A DNA stretch of 64,000 nucleotides from Candidatus Moraniibacteriota bacterium (GTDB taxonomy: Bacteria > Patescibacteriota > Minisyncoccia > CAIUEV01 > JAHKAQ01). The notes under the pieces are model-generated. The model was not told the origin of the DNA, made no database searches, and worked only from the letters and a program-made list of their open reading frames with translations. The DNA lies in contig WJJI01000014.1 in assembly GCA_014729795.1 (NCBI GenBank), positions 757-64,756 of the forward strand, read 5' to 3'. The position numbers were made by a program, and so were the translations under genes. Below are positions 39,957 to 49,003 of the stretch, piece after piece; position 1 is the first letter of the stretch, and the number at the start of each line of letters is the position of its first letter.

Positions 39957-40895
39957 TTAAGACTTATAATTCTTGGCTGATTTTTGCTGATATTCAAGGA
40001 TATCAATAAAGCTTTCAAGTCTTGTAATTAAACCCGCCTCTCCCTGGAGTTCATCAATAATTATATTAATGGATGGTATGTTTTTAATCTTTTTCTGGCA
40101 AATTTCAACCACCAAAGAGTCGGGCCCGCATGGAAAAGCCGAAACATAGATTATCCCATCAACCTTGTTTTTATATAAATCAATGGCACCAACCAGTTCT
40201 TTATTATAAGTCCAATATAAATCTTGAGATATTTTTTGCGATAGCTTCTTAACCAATTTTTTTTGAGCAATATCAGCATCAATAATAGCAATATTTTGTG
40301 ATTTCAGGTAGTCTAAAATTGTTTTGCCTGTAAAACCATCAAATAAAATATAGGGGTGAGCTACTATTAGAATTTTCTTTAATTTTTTATTCTTCAACAG
40401 TCTGGCTTGGCGCCGAATTTTTTTCTTTTGGAGATGTTTTTGTTTAAACTTTCCTTTTCGGTAAGCTCTAAATATTTTAATTGGATTTTTACAAACAGTT
40501 AAGCCCATACGTAAAAACTCCAAGGATTCTCGTCTGAATTCATTAACATCAACATTATAGTGCAGAATATTCAAATCGGGAAAAGTATTAACTGTTATGT
40601 CATATAAACCTTGAAATTTACAGCACAATTCTTCGTTTTTTTTAAAAGAGGCAATTCTTGGAATAAAAATATAATCAGCCTTGTTTTTTAAGTAATCAAC
40701 ATGGCCTAAGAAAATTTTTACCGGCAGACAACTTTCGTCAACAGCGAGGCTTGCTCCCTGCTGCAAAATTTTTTTATTAGTGGCCGGGCTGGTAACAATT
40801 TTAAAACCCAACTCCTTAAAAAAAGTATGCCATAAAACATTATATTTATAATAAAGCAATGCTCTGGGGATCCCAATCCGTTTTTCTTTGTTCAT
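39957..40895 (-). CDS. DUF2229 CoA-activase-related Fe-S subunit
   Basis: IGIPRALLYY, ESCLPVKIFLGHV, CCKFQG, AHPY, FPCGPDS, GLITRLESF. Confidence 0.85.
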   Translation of the reverse strand: MNKEKRIGIPRALLYYKYNVLWHTFFKELGFKIVTSPATNKKILQQGASLAVDESCLPVKIFLGHVDYLKNKADYIFIPRIASFKKNEELCCKFQGLYDITVNTFPDLNILHYNVDVNEFRRESLEFLRMGLTVCKNPIKIFRAYRKGKFKQKHLQKKKIRRQARLLKNKKLKKILIVAHPYILFDGFTGKTILDYLKSQNIAIIDADIAQKKLVKKLSQKISQDLYWTYNKELVGAIDLYKNKVDGIIYVSAFPCGPDSLVVEICQKKIKNIPSINIIIDELQGEAGLITRLESFIDILEYQQKSAKNYKS

Positions 40896-40919
40896 ATTCA
40901 AAATTATTTGACTCTTTAA

Positions 40920-41594
40920 TTATTCTTTTTCCCGCATTTGCCAAATTTTACGTTGAGTTCGCCAAACCACAACTATCAAACCGGCTAAAGAAGCGATTAG
41001 CACAAACGGCAAAGCACCGCCCAAATAGGTTTTACCAAAAATTATCAACAAAGTATTGATTATAATAAGCAAAATCCTGATTTCGGTTGGACCGACTTTA
41101 AAATAAGTAATTCTAAATTGATTGGTAATAGAAAATGACAAATATGAATTAACCATGTAGCCGCCAAAAATAGCCAAGATGCAAAAAAGGTAAAAATCAA
41201 AATTTCTGGGAGTAATAAAAGAATAACCAATCAAGACACTACAGATAAAAACATAGTCCAAAAAGTGATCCATGTAGTGACCCCATTTTGCTAGCCCCAT
41301 TTTTCGATATTTACCCAAAGCTCCGTCCAGAGAATCGGAAAAATACTGAAACACAATCATCAAAGAAACCCCCCATAACCAATCCAAATTTTTTCGCGAA
41401 AAAAAACTAAAAAGAATCACCAACGCGCTCCAAAGCAAAGTCAACAAAGTTAAATGGTACGACTCTAATTTTTTAGGGATTTTAGGTATTAGAAATTCAA
41501 TCAAGCGCCTTTCATGATGGCCCAAGATGGATAAACTTACCTTTTTGTCTCCATTAAACCGCTTAATATTCTTTTGTTTTATTGATTGGGCCAT
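40920..41594 (-). CDS. CDP-alcohol phosphatidyltransferase family protein
   Basis: DSLDGALGKYR...WGHYMDHFLD matches the family motif DGxxAR..GxxxDxxxD; GPTEIR; about six TMs. Confidence 0.9.
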   Translation of the reverse strand: MAQSIKQKNIKRFNGDKKVSLSILGHHERRLIEFLIPKIPKKLESYHLTLLTLLWSALVILFSFFSRKNLDWLWGVSLMIVFQYFSDSLDGALGKYRKMGLAKWGHYMDHFLDYVFICSVLIGYSFITPRNFDFYLFCILAIFGGYMVNSYLSFSITNQFRITYFKVGPTEIRILLIIINTLLIIFGKTYLGGALPFVLIASLAGLIVVVWRTQRKIWQMREKE

Positions 41595-41652
41595 GTTGAT
41601 GGTTGTTTTAAAGCTTTAAGCACCACCCTTCATTTTGTTAGCGGATTTTCAC

Positions 41653-41738
41653 TGGTGCCGCGGGTGGGAGTCGAACCCACACGGGAAAATCCCACCAGCT
41701 CCTAAGGCTGGCGTGTCTGCCAGTTCCACCACCGCGGC
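41653..41738 (-). tRNA. tRNA-Leu(TAG)
   Basis: GCCGCGGTGGTGGAACTGGCAGACACGCCAGCCTTAGGAGCTGG...GGTTCGACTCCCACCCGCGGCACCA; long variable arm; CCA encoded. Confidence 0.96.
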
Positions 41739-41752
41739 TTAAAATATAAAAT

Positions 41753-42124
41753 TTATTCTCCTAATTCTTGAATGATATCTTGGTCACCGGTCAGGCATTT
41801 ACCATTATGATACAAAACCGGCACCGAAACGGTTTTAGGTTCATCCTTGCCACATTTATCAAAAGCCAGAAAGTAAAAATTTTGGTTTTCCGTTTTTTTG
41901 AATACCTCCATAATCTGAATTGCCAATTTTTCCCGCAGTTTATGCTCTAGGATGTGCTCTTCCACCTTTTGACAATGATCACAGCCTTCTCCTACAAACA
42001 AATAATAACTATTATCATCCAAAGTAACAGCTTGTGTCTTGCTTTTTTTAATATAATAAAGGCCTGTTAAAACAATAACAATAACCCCAAGAATTAAAGC
42101 TACCTGCAAAAAACGATTATTCAT
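41753..42124 (-). CDS. membrane-anchored glutaredoxin/thioredoxin-like protein
   Basis: N-terminal TM, CDHC, cis-Pro motif SVP, GDQDII. Confidence 0.75.
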   Translation of the reverse strand: MNNRFLQVALILGVIVIVLTGLYYIKKSKTQAVTLDDNSYYLFVGEGCDHCQKVEEHILEHKLREKLAIQIMEVFKKTENQNFYFLAFDKCGKDEPKTVSVPVLYHNGKCLTGDQDIIQELGE

Positions 42125-42158
42125 AATATTCTTTTAGTGATTAAGTAAATTTTTATCA

Positions 42159-43016
42159 TTAGTTTAAATCAAAAAGCTTAATTGTTGTTCGAACCGTTTC
42201 TTGAGCTACTTGATCTAACTTTAATGCTTTAACCTGAGCTACTTTTTCAGCCACTAACTCAACGTAATTAGGTTGATTGGTTTCATCTCGATAAGGCTCA
42301 GGTGTCAGGAAGGGCGAATCCGTTTCAATTAAGATACGTTCCATGGGTAAAAATTTTAGCAGCTTATCATAGCTTTGTGAATAGGTGATTATTCCCGTAA
42401 ACCCAAGGTAAAACCCCAGCTCCAAATAGCGTTTAGCAATTGCTATACCGCCGGTATAGCAATGAATAACTCCTCTTAAGTCAAAATCATTGTATCGAGC
42501 TTTGTATTGAGTCAGCATTTCCAGCAAATCTTGATGAGCATCATTATCAAGGTGGCTACGACAATGTAAAATTAAAGGCAAATTCAACAATCTTGCTAAA
42601 TCTAGATGATTACTAAAAACTTGCTTCTGTTTGCCTTTAATTACCTCGGGTTTTAAATTAGATTGCTTCAACTTACCGGCATGGTTAAAAATATGATAAT
42701 AATCCAAGCCGGTTTCCCCAATCGCCACAACTTTTTCGTTATTTCGAGCTAAATCAAGCAGACAATCCCGATCAAAGTCTTCATTGTATACATGAATCGG
42801 ATGTACTCCTATTGAAGCGTAAACCCCCAAAGAATAATCTTGAGCCAGCTCTACCGCTTGTCGACTTGTTTGAAAATTCGAACCAATACCAATAAACCAA
42901 ATTTTTTGTTCCAGCGCTTCATCTATTACCTCTCGACGATTTGAGCCATAAGCTTGAAAACTTAAATGGGCGTGAGAGTCGATTAGGTAAGGATTTTTGT
43001 TCGACTGATTGGGCAT
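42159..43016 (-). CDS. tatD: TatD family deoxyribonuclease
   Basis: IDSHAHL, GVHP, AIGETGLDY, LHCR, HCYTG, ETDSPFL. Confidence 0.93.
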   Translation of the reverse strand: MPNQSNKNPYLIDSHAHLSFQAYGSNRREVIDEALEQKIWFIGIGSNFQTSRQAVELAQDYSLGVYASIGVHPIHVYNEDFDRDCLLDLARNNEKVVAIGETGLDYYHIFNHAGKLKQSNLKPEVIKGKQKQVFSNHLDLARLLNLPLILHCRSHLDNDAHQDLLEMLTQYKARYNDFDLRGVIHCYTGGIAIAKRYLELGFYLGFTGIITYSQSYDKLLKFLPMERILIETDSPFLTPEPYRDETNQPNYVELVAEKVAQVKALKLDQVAQETVRTTIKLFDLN

Positions 43017-43025
43017 AAGCAATGC

Positions 43026-44483
43026 TTAAATTTTTTTAAAAATAACTTGAGGCTGCTTATTCTCGAGCTGTTTTATCATTTTCGCGGAAATTTGCGGCAT
43101 GACCGGTTCAAACAAGCGAGCAATTAAAGTTAAACGATCAAAAATTTGCTTTAAAATCTCTCGACATTTAGCCGGATTCTTGTTGGCCAATTCCCATGGC
43201 TTATTAATTTCCAAATATTGATTACTCTTACTAATAAAGCCATCCAGCTGTTTAATGGCTTGATAAACTTGAATATTATCAAGTAGCTTTAAAAATAAAG
43301 GCAAATCAAAATCGCGAAAATCATAAGCTTGAGGTTTTTTGAACGGATTAACTTGCTTTAGCTTAAAGTCAAAACCATTCTTGTTAATCATCACCAAGGT
43401 TCGTTGCAATAAATTGCCTAAATTATCAGCTAATTTGTGATCATAATCCTGTTTAAGTTTTTTTAAACTTATATCCCCGTCGCTGTCTGAGGCAAATTGA
43501 GATAAAAGCAAATATCGAGCCGGATCAACTCCCCAGGTTTTTATCAAACTATTGGGTTCGATCACATTGCCTAAACTTTTGCTCATCTTCTCACCATTGA
43601 TAGTAAAATATCCGTGAACGAAAATTTTTTTACAAACTTTCATTCTCAAAGACATTAAAATAGCCGGAAAAAAAATAGCATGAAATTTAATAATCTCTTT
43701 TGCCATAAAATGAACATCCACTGGCCAATATTTTTTAAACAAATTGGCCTCAGCCCCGGCTTTTCCATAATCAAGAGCGGTAATGTAATTCATCAATGCC
43801 TCAACCCAAACATATATTTTTTGCTTTTTGTCAAAAGGCACGTCAATTCCCCAATTAACGTTTTGACTGGAGCGCGAAACCGAGAAGTCATTAATCCCTT
43901 GTTCAAACAAGCCCAAAACCTCATTTTTTCTTTCAACCGGCTGAATAATGAGTTGATCTTTTTCAATTGCTTGTTTAAGTGGTTTTAAATATTTGGACAG
44001 TTTAAAAAAATAATTTTTTTCCTTAACCAATCCTGGCTTTTTTTTATGATCCGGACACAAACCCTTTTGATCTAGTTCTTTTTCGGTTTTAAAACTTTCA
44101 CATCCGGTGCAGTAAAGCCCTTGATATTCTTTTTGATAAAGATCCCCTTTGTCCTTTAATGCACTAAACAATTTTTGCGCCCCGCTAATGTGCTTAGAGC
44201 TGGTAGTGCGGATGAATTGGTCATGGCCGAAATTATAATTTTGCCAAGTTTTCTTAAACTTCTGAGTAATTTGATCGCAAAATTCTTGAGGTTGTTTTTG
44301 ATTTTCTTTTGCTTTCCGAGCGATCTTGGTTCCATGCTCATCGGTGCCGGTTAAAAAATAAACATCCCGACCTTCAAGTCTTTTATATCTAGCGATTACA
44401 TCGGCTAAAAGAGTTGTGTAGGTATGACCAATATGCGGTTCGGCATTCACGTAGTAAATTGGAGTGGCAAGATAGTATTTCAT
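43026..44483 (-). CDS. metG: methionine--tRNA ligase (short form)
   Basis: PIYYVNAEPHIGH, TGTDEHG, YVWVEAL, KMSKSLGN. Confidence 0.95.
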   Translation of the reverse strand: MKYYLATPIYYVNAEPHIGHTYTTLLADVIARYKRLEGRDVYFLTGTDEHGTKIARKAKENQKQPQEFCDQITQKFKKTWQNYNFGHDQFIRTTSSKHISGAQKLFSALKDKGDLYQKEYQGLYCTGCESFKTEKELDQKGLCPDHKKKPGLVKEKNYFFKLSKYLKPLKQAIEKDQLIIQPVERKNEVLGLFEQGINDFSVSRSSQNVNWGIDVPFDKKQKIYVWVEALMNYITALDYGKAGAEANLFKKYWPVDVHFMAKEIIKFHAIFFPAILMSLRMKVCKKIFVHGYFTINGEKMSKSLGNVIEPNSLIKTWGVDPARYLLLSQFASDSDGDISLKKLKQDYDHKLADNLGNLLQRTLVMINKNGFDFKLKQVNPFKKPQAYDFRDFDLPLFLKLLDNIQVYQAIKQLDGFISKSNQYLEINKPWELANKNPAKCREILKQIFDRLTLIARLFEPVMPQISAKMIKQLENKQPQVIFKKI

Positions 44484-44571
44484 TTGGAAACTTTTAGCGA
44501 TTATTTTCCCGGCATCATAAAACCCTCCTATTAAATTAACAGAATGAGTTAGAGTTTCAAGCTTTAATTTT

Positions 44572-46752
44572 TTATTTTTTAAAACTTATTGTTATTGTTG
44601 TCCCTTTATCAAGCTCAGTACTTTCAATATAAATCGAGGCGCCAAAATGGGCATCAATTATTTTTTTTGCTATAAACAACCCAAGTCCGGAACCGTCGGT
44701 GTAAGCATTGACCGCATTTTTGGCTCTTATAAATTTATCAAAAAGCCTGGGTATATCTTTTTTTGGAATACCAATACCTGTGTCTTGGATTTTTATTAAA
44801 ATTTTATTATCTTTTTCCTCTAGTTTTATTTTTATATACCCCTTTTTTGTGTATTGGATAGAGTTATTAACTAGATTTAATATAGCTTGTTCTAAGTATA
44901 TGGGGTTTGTCTGTATGTGAATGTTTCTTTTTGGGAGCTCTAATTTAAATTTAAGGCCTTTTAAGCTTATTTGATTTTTTTTATTTTCATATATATTTTT
45001 TAATAGTTTATTTAAGTTTACGTTGCTTTTTTTGAAGTTAAATTTTGAAGTATCCATCTCAGAGGCGTTTAAAATATCGTGAATTATTTTTGTAAGCTTT
45101 TGTGATTTAGCAAGAATTCCATTTATTAATTTTTTTTCTTGATTGCTTAGCGATCTTTTTCTAGATAAAATATCAGCCATACCTCTAATTACTGTTACCG
45201 GAGTTCTTAGTTGGTGAGAAGCTATGTTCAAAAACTCTCCTCTCATTTTAAGCAATTTCTTTAAATTAATATTTTTTTTCTTTAATTCTGTAGCTTGCTT
45301 TTTAACTCTCTTGTTCTGTTCCTGAAGTTCTTTAGTCTGGATATTGACTTTTTTCTTTAATTCTTGATTAAAATTATTAATTTTTTTATACAATAAGGCA
45401 TTATGGATTGCTGTAGAAATTTGGAGTCTAATAAATTCTAAAAAATCAATATCTTCTTTATTAAAACTACTTTTATCCCTTTTTCCGCCCAAGAACATTA
45501 ATCCAATTGTTCTCTTGTTAGCAAATAAGGGCACTAATAACTCTATAGCCTTGTTTTTATAAGGTTTAGGCAAAAATGAAACATCAATCTCTCTTTTTGA
45601 CAAAATTCTATTTTCATTATTTATTAATTTTTGTAGCTCTTTTTTAAACCCATTCTTTAATTTACCAACCATAAAACATTTTCTCGAATCACATATTTTT
45701 TTCTTTATGACTTTATTTTCATCAAATATTTCAATGTATATTTCCTCTAAATGTAATATTTTTTTAAAAGAATCCCTAATAACAAATAAAATTTCCTGTA
45801 GAGTCACGGCTTTATTTAATCTTAGTGCCACGTCTTTGTTAACTTTTTGTGGATTTAATCCTTTAAAAAAAATCCAATCTCCAAATTTTTGTATCCATTT
45901 TATTGCGGGCAAAATAATCGAACTGAATATTAATATTAATAAAAAACTTAATACATAAGATTCAATAGTGTATAAATCCCCGGTAAATTTTTTTGTTAAA
46001 TATATAAAACAGTAGAAAAATATAAAAATCATTATAGAAATAAGCATAATTCCATGAAACTTATGGAATATAAACCTTATACCGAAAAGTCTATATCTTA
46101 CTATAGAGTAATAAATAAACAATATTAATATTAACAATCCAATTCCATTTAATCTAAAAAATTCTTTAGAAACATGATTTTGAAGAAAAAAATTAAATAT
46201 TACAATAATTACTGCGCTTAAAAAGAATCCTAAAAAAATATATTTTATTTGGAGTTTTTTTATGCCTTTCTCTTTACGGTATTTATATAAAAGAGAGATA
46301 AAGCCGACTAACAAATAAATTATTATTAGGAAATAATAAAGCAAAGCATAGCTGCCTAGTTCAAATCTTAGCTTTTCGTTTAGAAAATAGATATTATTAA
46401 TAATTTTTCCATTTATAGAAAGCGAGCTCATAATCAAAGCGGGAATAATAAAAAAAATATAAGTAAGCAAGCTTTTTTTAATAGGCACAGGGAAATTTAG
46501 CAAGAATATAAAAGCGAAATAGCTAAGCAATGGAGCTAAGAAAAAATCTAATCTGAGAAAAATTTTTATTAAATTTATATCAGTGAATAAAGTCTGTAAG
46601 TAATTGAAGGAATACCAAGTTATTAAAACCAACGAAAAAATAAAAAACAAGATATTGGTCAAGTTTTTTTTATTTTTGTATGATTTGTAGCCCAAATAAA
46701 AAATCACAAAATTTATTATAACAAGAGGAATCAAATTCAATAATTTGTTCAT
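44572..46752 (-). CDS. sensor histidine kinase: 7TM-type N-terminal region, GAF, HisKA, HATPase
   Basis: Many N-terminal TMs ending YSIVRYRLF; GAF-like VPLF...GLMFLG...FNKEDIDFL; H-box ASHQLRTP; NLVNNSIQYT, DTGIGI, GSGLGL. Confidence 0.9.
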   Translation of the reverse strand: MNKLLNLIPLVIINFVIFYLGYKSYKNKKNLTNILFFIFSLVLITWYSFNYLQTLFTDINLIKIFLRLDFFLAPLLSYFAFIFLLNFPVPIKKSLLTYIFFIIPALIMSSLSINGKIINNIYFLNEKLRFELGSYALLYYFLIIIYLLVGFISLLYKYRKEKGIKKLQIKYIFLGFFLSAVIIVIFNFFLQNHVSKEFFRLNGIGLLILILFIYYSIVRYRLFGIRFIFHKFHGIMLISIMIFIFFYCFIYLTKKFTGDLYTIESYVLSFLLILIFSSIILPAIKWIQKFGDWIFFKGLNPQKVNKDVALRLNKAVTLQEILFVIRDSFKKILHLEEIYIEIFDENKVIKKKICDSRKCFMVGKLKNGFKKELQKLINNENRILSKREIDVSFLPKPYKNKAIELLVPLFANKRTIGLMFLGGKRDKSSFNKEDIDFLEFIRLQISTAIHNALLYKKINNFNQELKKKVNIQTKELQEQNKRVKKQATELKKKNINLKKLLKMRGEFLNIASHQLRTPVTVIRGMADILSRKRSLSNQEKKLINGILAKSQKLTKIIHDILNASEMDTSKFNFKKSNVNLNKLLKNIYENKKNQISLKGLKFKLELPKRNIHIQTNPIYLEQAILNLVNNSIQYTKKGYIKIKLEEKDNKILIKIQDTGIGIPKKDIPRLFDKFIRAKNAVNAYTDGSGLGLFIAKKIIDAHFGASIYIESTELDKGTTITISFKK

Positions 46753-46796
46753 AAAAAAATGATTTAATATTTCGTTTCGGATCCGAAATTAGTTTT

Positions 46797-47771
46797 TTAT
46801 TTTATTGATGTTTTTTTATAATCATTATAACAGGCACATTTATATGTTTTTTTTAAAACCCCGGTTCTTCTATAGGTCTTTAAAATTTTATAAATATCTT
46901 CTGAACACTTCTCGCAATTTTTTGGAATGTCAATAGGTTTGGGATTGTCTGTAAATTCACCCAACAACAATGGCCAATTATGTTTCTGGGCCTCTTCAAT
47001 GATTTTTATTATTGTCCATAAAAAAGGCGGTTTATAGTTTCCCTCGATATATTCTGTGTACATTTTAGTGTTTTTTTGAACAAAAGCACAAGATAGGTTT
47101 ATTTCATCAACTTTTAATGAGTTTAAATACTCTATACTTTTTATAGTCTCAATATAGGCCTCTTTTTCATTTAAACCCACTGGTTTTAAAAAAACATATA
47201 CTGAAACTTTAACTCCTTGGCTCTTTAATAATTTTACAGAGCTTTCAAATTGTTTTTTAGATATTCCTTTTCTTAGTAACTTATTCCTAATATAATTATC
47301 TTGACTTTCAAATCCTAACGCTATTTTTAATTCTTTCTTTCCCAAGTTTTTTTTTGCTGTTCTGATTTTTTTTTCGTTAATATATTCACACCTTGTTTCA
47401 ATGGTTAGAGTATCTAAAAAATCATTTTTTCTAACCTCATTGTAGATATATGTCTGGAATCGTTTTGGTATTTCATTGTCATTTAAAAAACTGCCACCAT
47501 GATAAATTATTAATTCACTAGGCTTATATCTTTTTATTCTTTTTAAAGCATATTTATACAAAAATTTAAAAAACCAATCAGGGTACATTATACCGCCAAA
47601 GTTAAATTTTTTAATGTAATCATTAAAACCGCACATACTACATCCACCTGTTTTCTTCCAGTACTCGCAGCCTGCCGCGGGCAGTAATAAAGTCCAAGAG
47701 ACAACCGGTTTCTTTTTTATCACGGAATACTTTTGACCTATAAAGAAAAATAATTTATCTAAGCTGTCCAT
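46797..47771 (-). CDS. radical SAM protein, TIGR01210/RaSEA-like
   Basis: Atypical CX7CX2C (CEYWKKTGGCSMC), GGSFLNDNEIP, IETRCEYI, GFES, YVFLKP, YKPPFLW, NCEKC...CAC. Confidence 0.8.
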   Translation of the reverse strand: MDSLDKLFFFIGQKYSVIKKKPVVSWTLLLPAAGCEYWKKTGGCSMCGFNDYIKKFNFGGIMYPDWFFKFLYKYALKRIKRYKPSELIIYHGGSFLNDNEIPKRFQTYIYNEVRKNDFLDTLTIETRCEYINEKKIRTAKKNLGKKELKIALGFESQDNYIRNKLLRKGISKKQFESSVKLLKSQGVKVSVYVFLKPVGLNEKEAYIETIKSIEYLNSLKVDEINLSCAFVQKNTKMYTEYIEGNYKPPFLWTIIKIIEEAQKHNWPLLLGEFTDNPKPIDIPKNCEKCSEDIYKILKTYRRTGVLKKTYKCACYNDYKKTSIK

Positions 47772-47775
47772 AAAG

Positions 47776-48477
47776 TTAATGAAATTTCAGATAAATCTTC
47801 TCTAGATTTACAATAAAGTTAGCTATGAGGGTCCTAAATGGCCAATTATAAAAAATATTTTTTTTAAAAACCAATACTCCATAATTCCTGCTATCCAAAT
47901 CAGGAAAGTAATTAGCAAGAGCCTTAATCGGCTGAAGACCCTGAGATTGGTAAAGCCTTAACCCTCTATCATAAAACTTTCCATCCTTTCTTTTTAATTT
48001 TATGTATTGATCTACCCTGATTTTGGGGTTTTTTTTCTTATATTCATTATAATCCGGTATTCTAGAGCCGATATACGCTCCCTTTTTATTGTTTATAATC
48101 ATATTTTTTAATCCTTCTAGCATCAATAAAGATCCAATATTTAAAAATCTCTTTGATGGTAAAATAGATAGGTTTATACCGTAAATAAAATCTCCATTTT
48201 TTTTATGACTCTTTGTTGCCATGCCATTATCTGTTATGTTAGACCAGCTAAAACTATTGTTTTTTTTAATTTCATCTACATATTCGAATGAAACATAACC
48301 AACAACTTCTTTTTTATATGTAGCTATAATATTACCCTCAGGGAAAGCTTGAATTCTTGCCGCTATTTTTTTCCTATCTGCTCCTTCTTGTCCCCATGCT
48401 TTTTTTTCTAATATAACAATACCGCCAATATTTTTTAATCGGGCTTTAGATATTATAATTTTACCAAATAAGGCCAT
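47776..48477 (-). CDS. GNAT acyltransferase (YkwB-like subfamily)
   Basis: RIQAFPEG, WSNITDNG, GSRIPDY, NYFPDLDSRNYG. Confidence 0.75.
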   Translation of the reverse strand: MALFGKIIISKARLKNIGGIVILEKKAWGQEGADRKKIAARIQAFPEGNIIATYKKEVVGYVSFEYVDEIKKNNSFSWSNITDNGMATKSHKKNGDFIYGINLSILPSKRFLNIGSLLMLEGLKNMIINNKKGAYIGSRIPDYNEYKKKNPKIRVDQYIKLKRKDGKFYDRGLRLYQSQGLQPIKALANYFPDLDSRNYGVLVFKKNIFYNWPFRTLIANFIVNLEKIYLKFH

Positions 48478-49003
48478 TTTTTTTCATTGTAATAAATTAT
48501 TTCACCTTGATACTCAAGCAATAGACTTACTATCTTTATAATAAAAGAATAACGCCTACCCAAAGCGTATAAGTATTTAAACCAATTACATTTAATAGCT
48601 CAAAAAAAGAATTATTAGCAAAGCCATTGATATAAGCATTAAAACAAAAAATCTGTAATTATTCAACAATATCAAGAATTTACGAATCTAGTGGATTTTT
48701 AGTTACAATAATAAGGTTTTTTTTGACCACGTATTTTAAATAAGCCCTATAAAAACCTTACATATCGTCTTAGATTTTCCTAAGTTCGTAAATCTTAAGA
48801 TAAATAAGAACCAGTAAAATTTTTTTAATAGCCATTGATCAATTCCATAATTCTTAAATTGATATCCAGCCGCTCCCAAGCTAAGTATTTCCTCTCTCCG
48901 GGTAACTTTTTTGGTTTATAAGCAGTCTTGAACTAAAAAATTAATTATGTTTTAATAACTAGCTTTGCTGAATAAACTCTAATTTGGCTAGAACTCTAAT
49001 ATT

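Noticed and set aside
37600-41738. Integrative island at tRNA-Leu carrying the lipid operon
   Set aside because: The operon starts right after the tRNA 3' end, but I found no duplicated tRNA 3' fragment and no integrase.
46797-47771. RiPP maturase with a precursor peptide
   Set aside because: No SPASM or RRE features and no convincing precursor ORF nearby; the motifs fit the TIGR01210 family.
48661-48810. Integron attC site
   Set aside because: ATTCAAC fits RYYYAAC, but there is no matching GTTRRRY at the other end of the hairpin and no cassette array.
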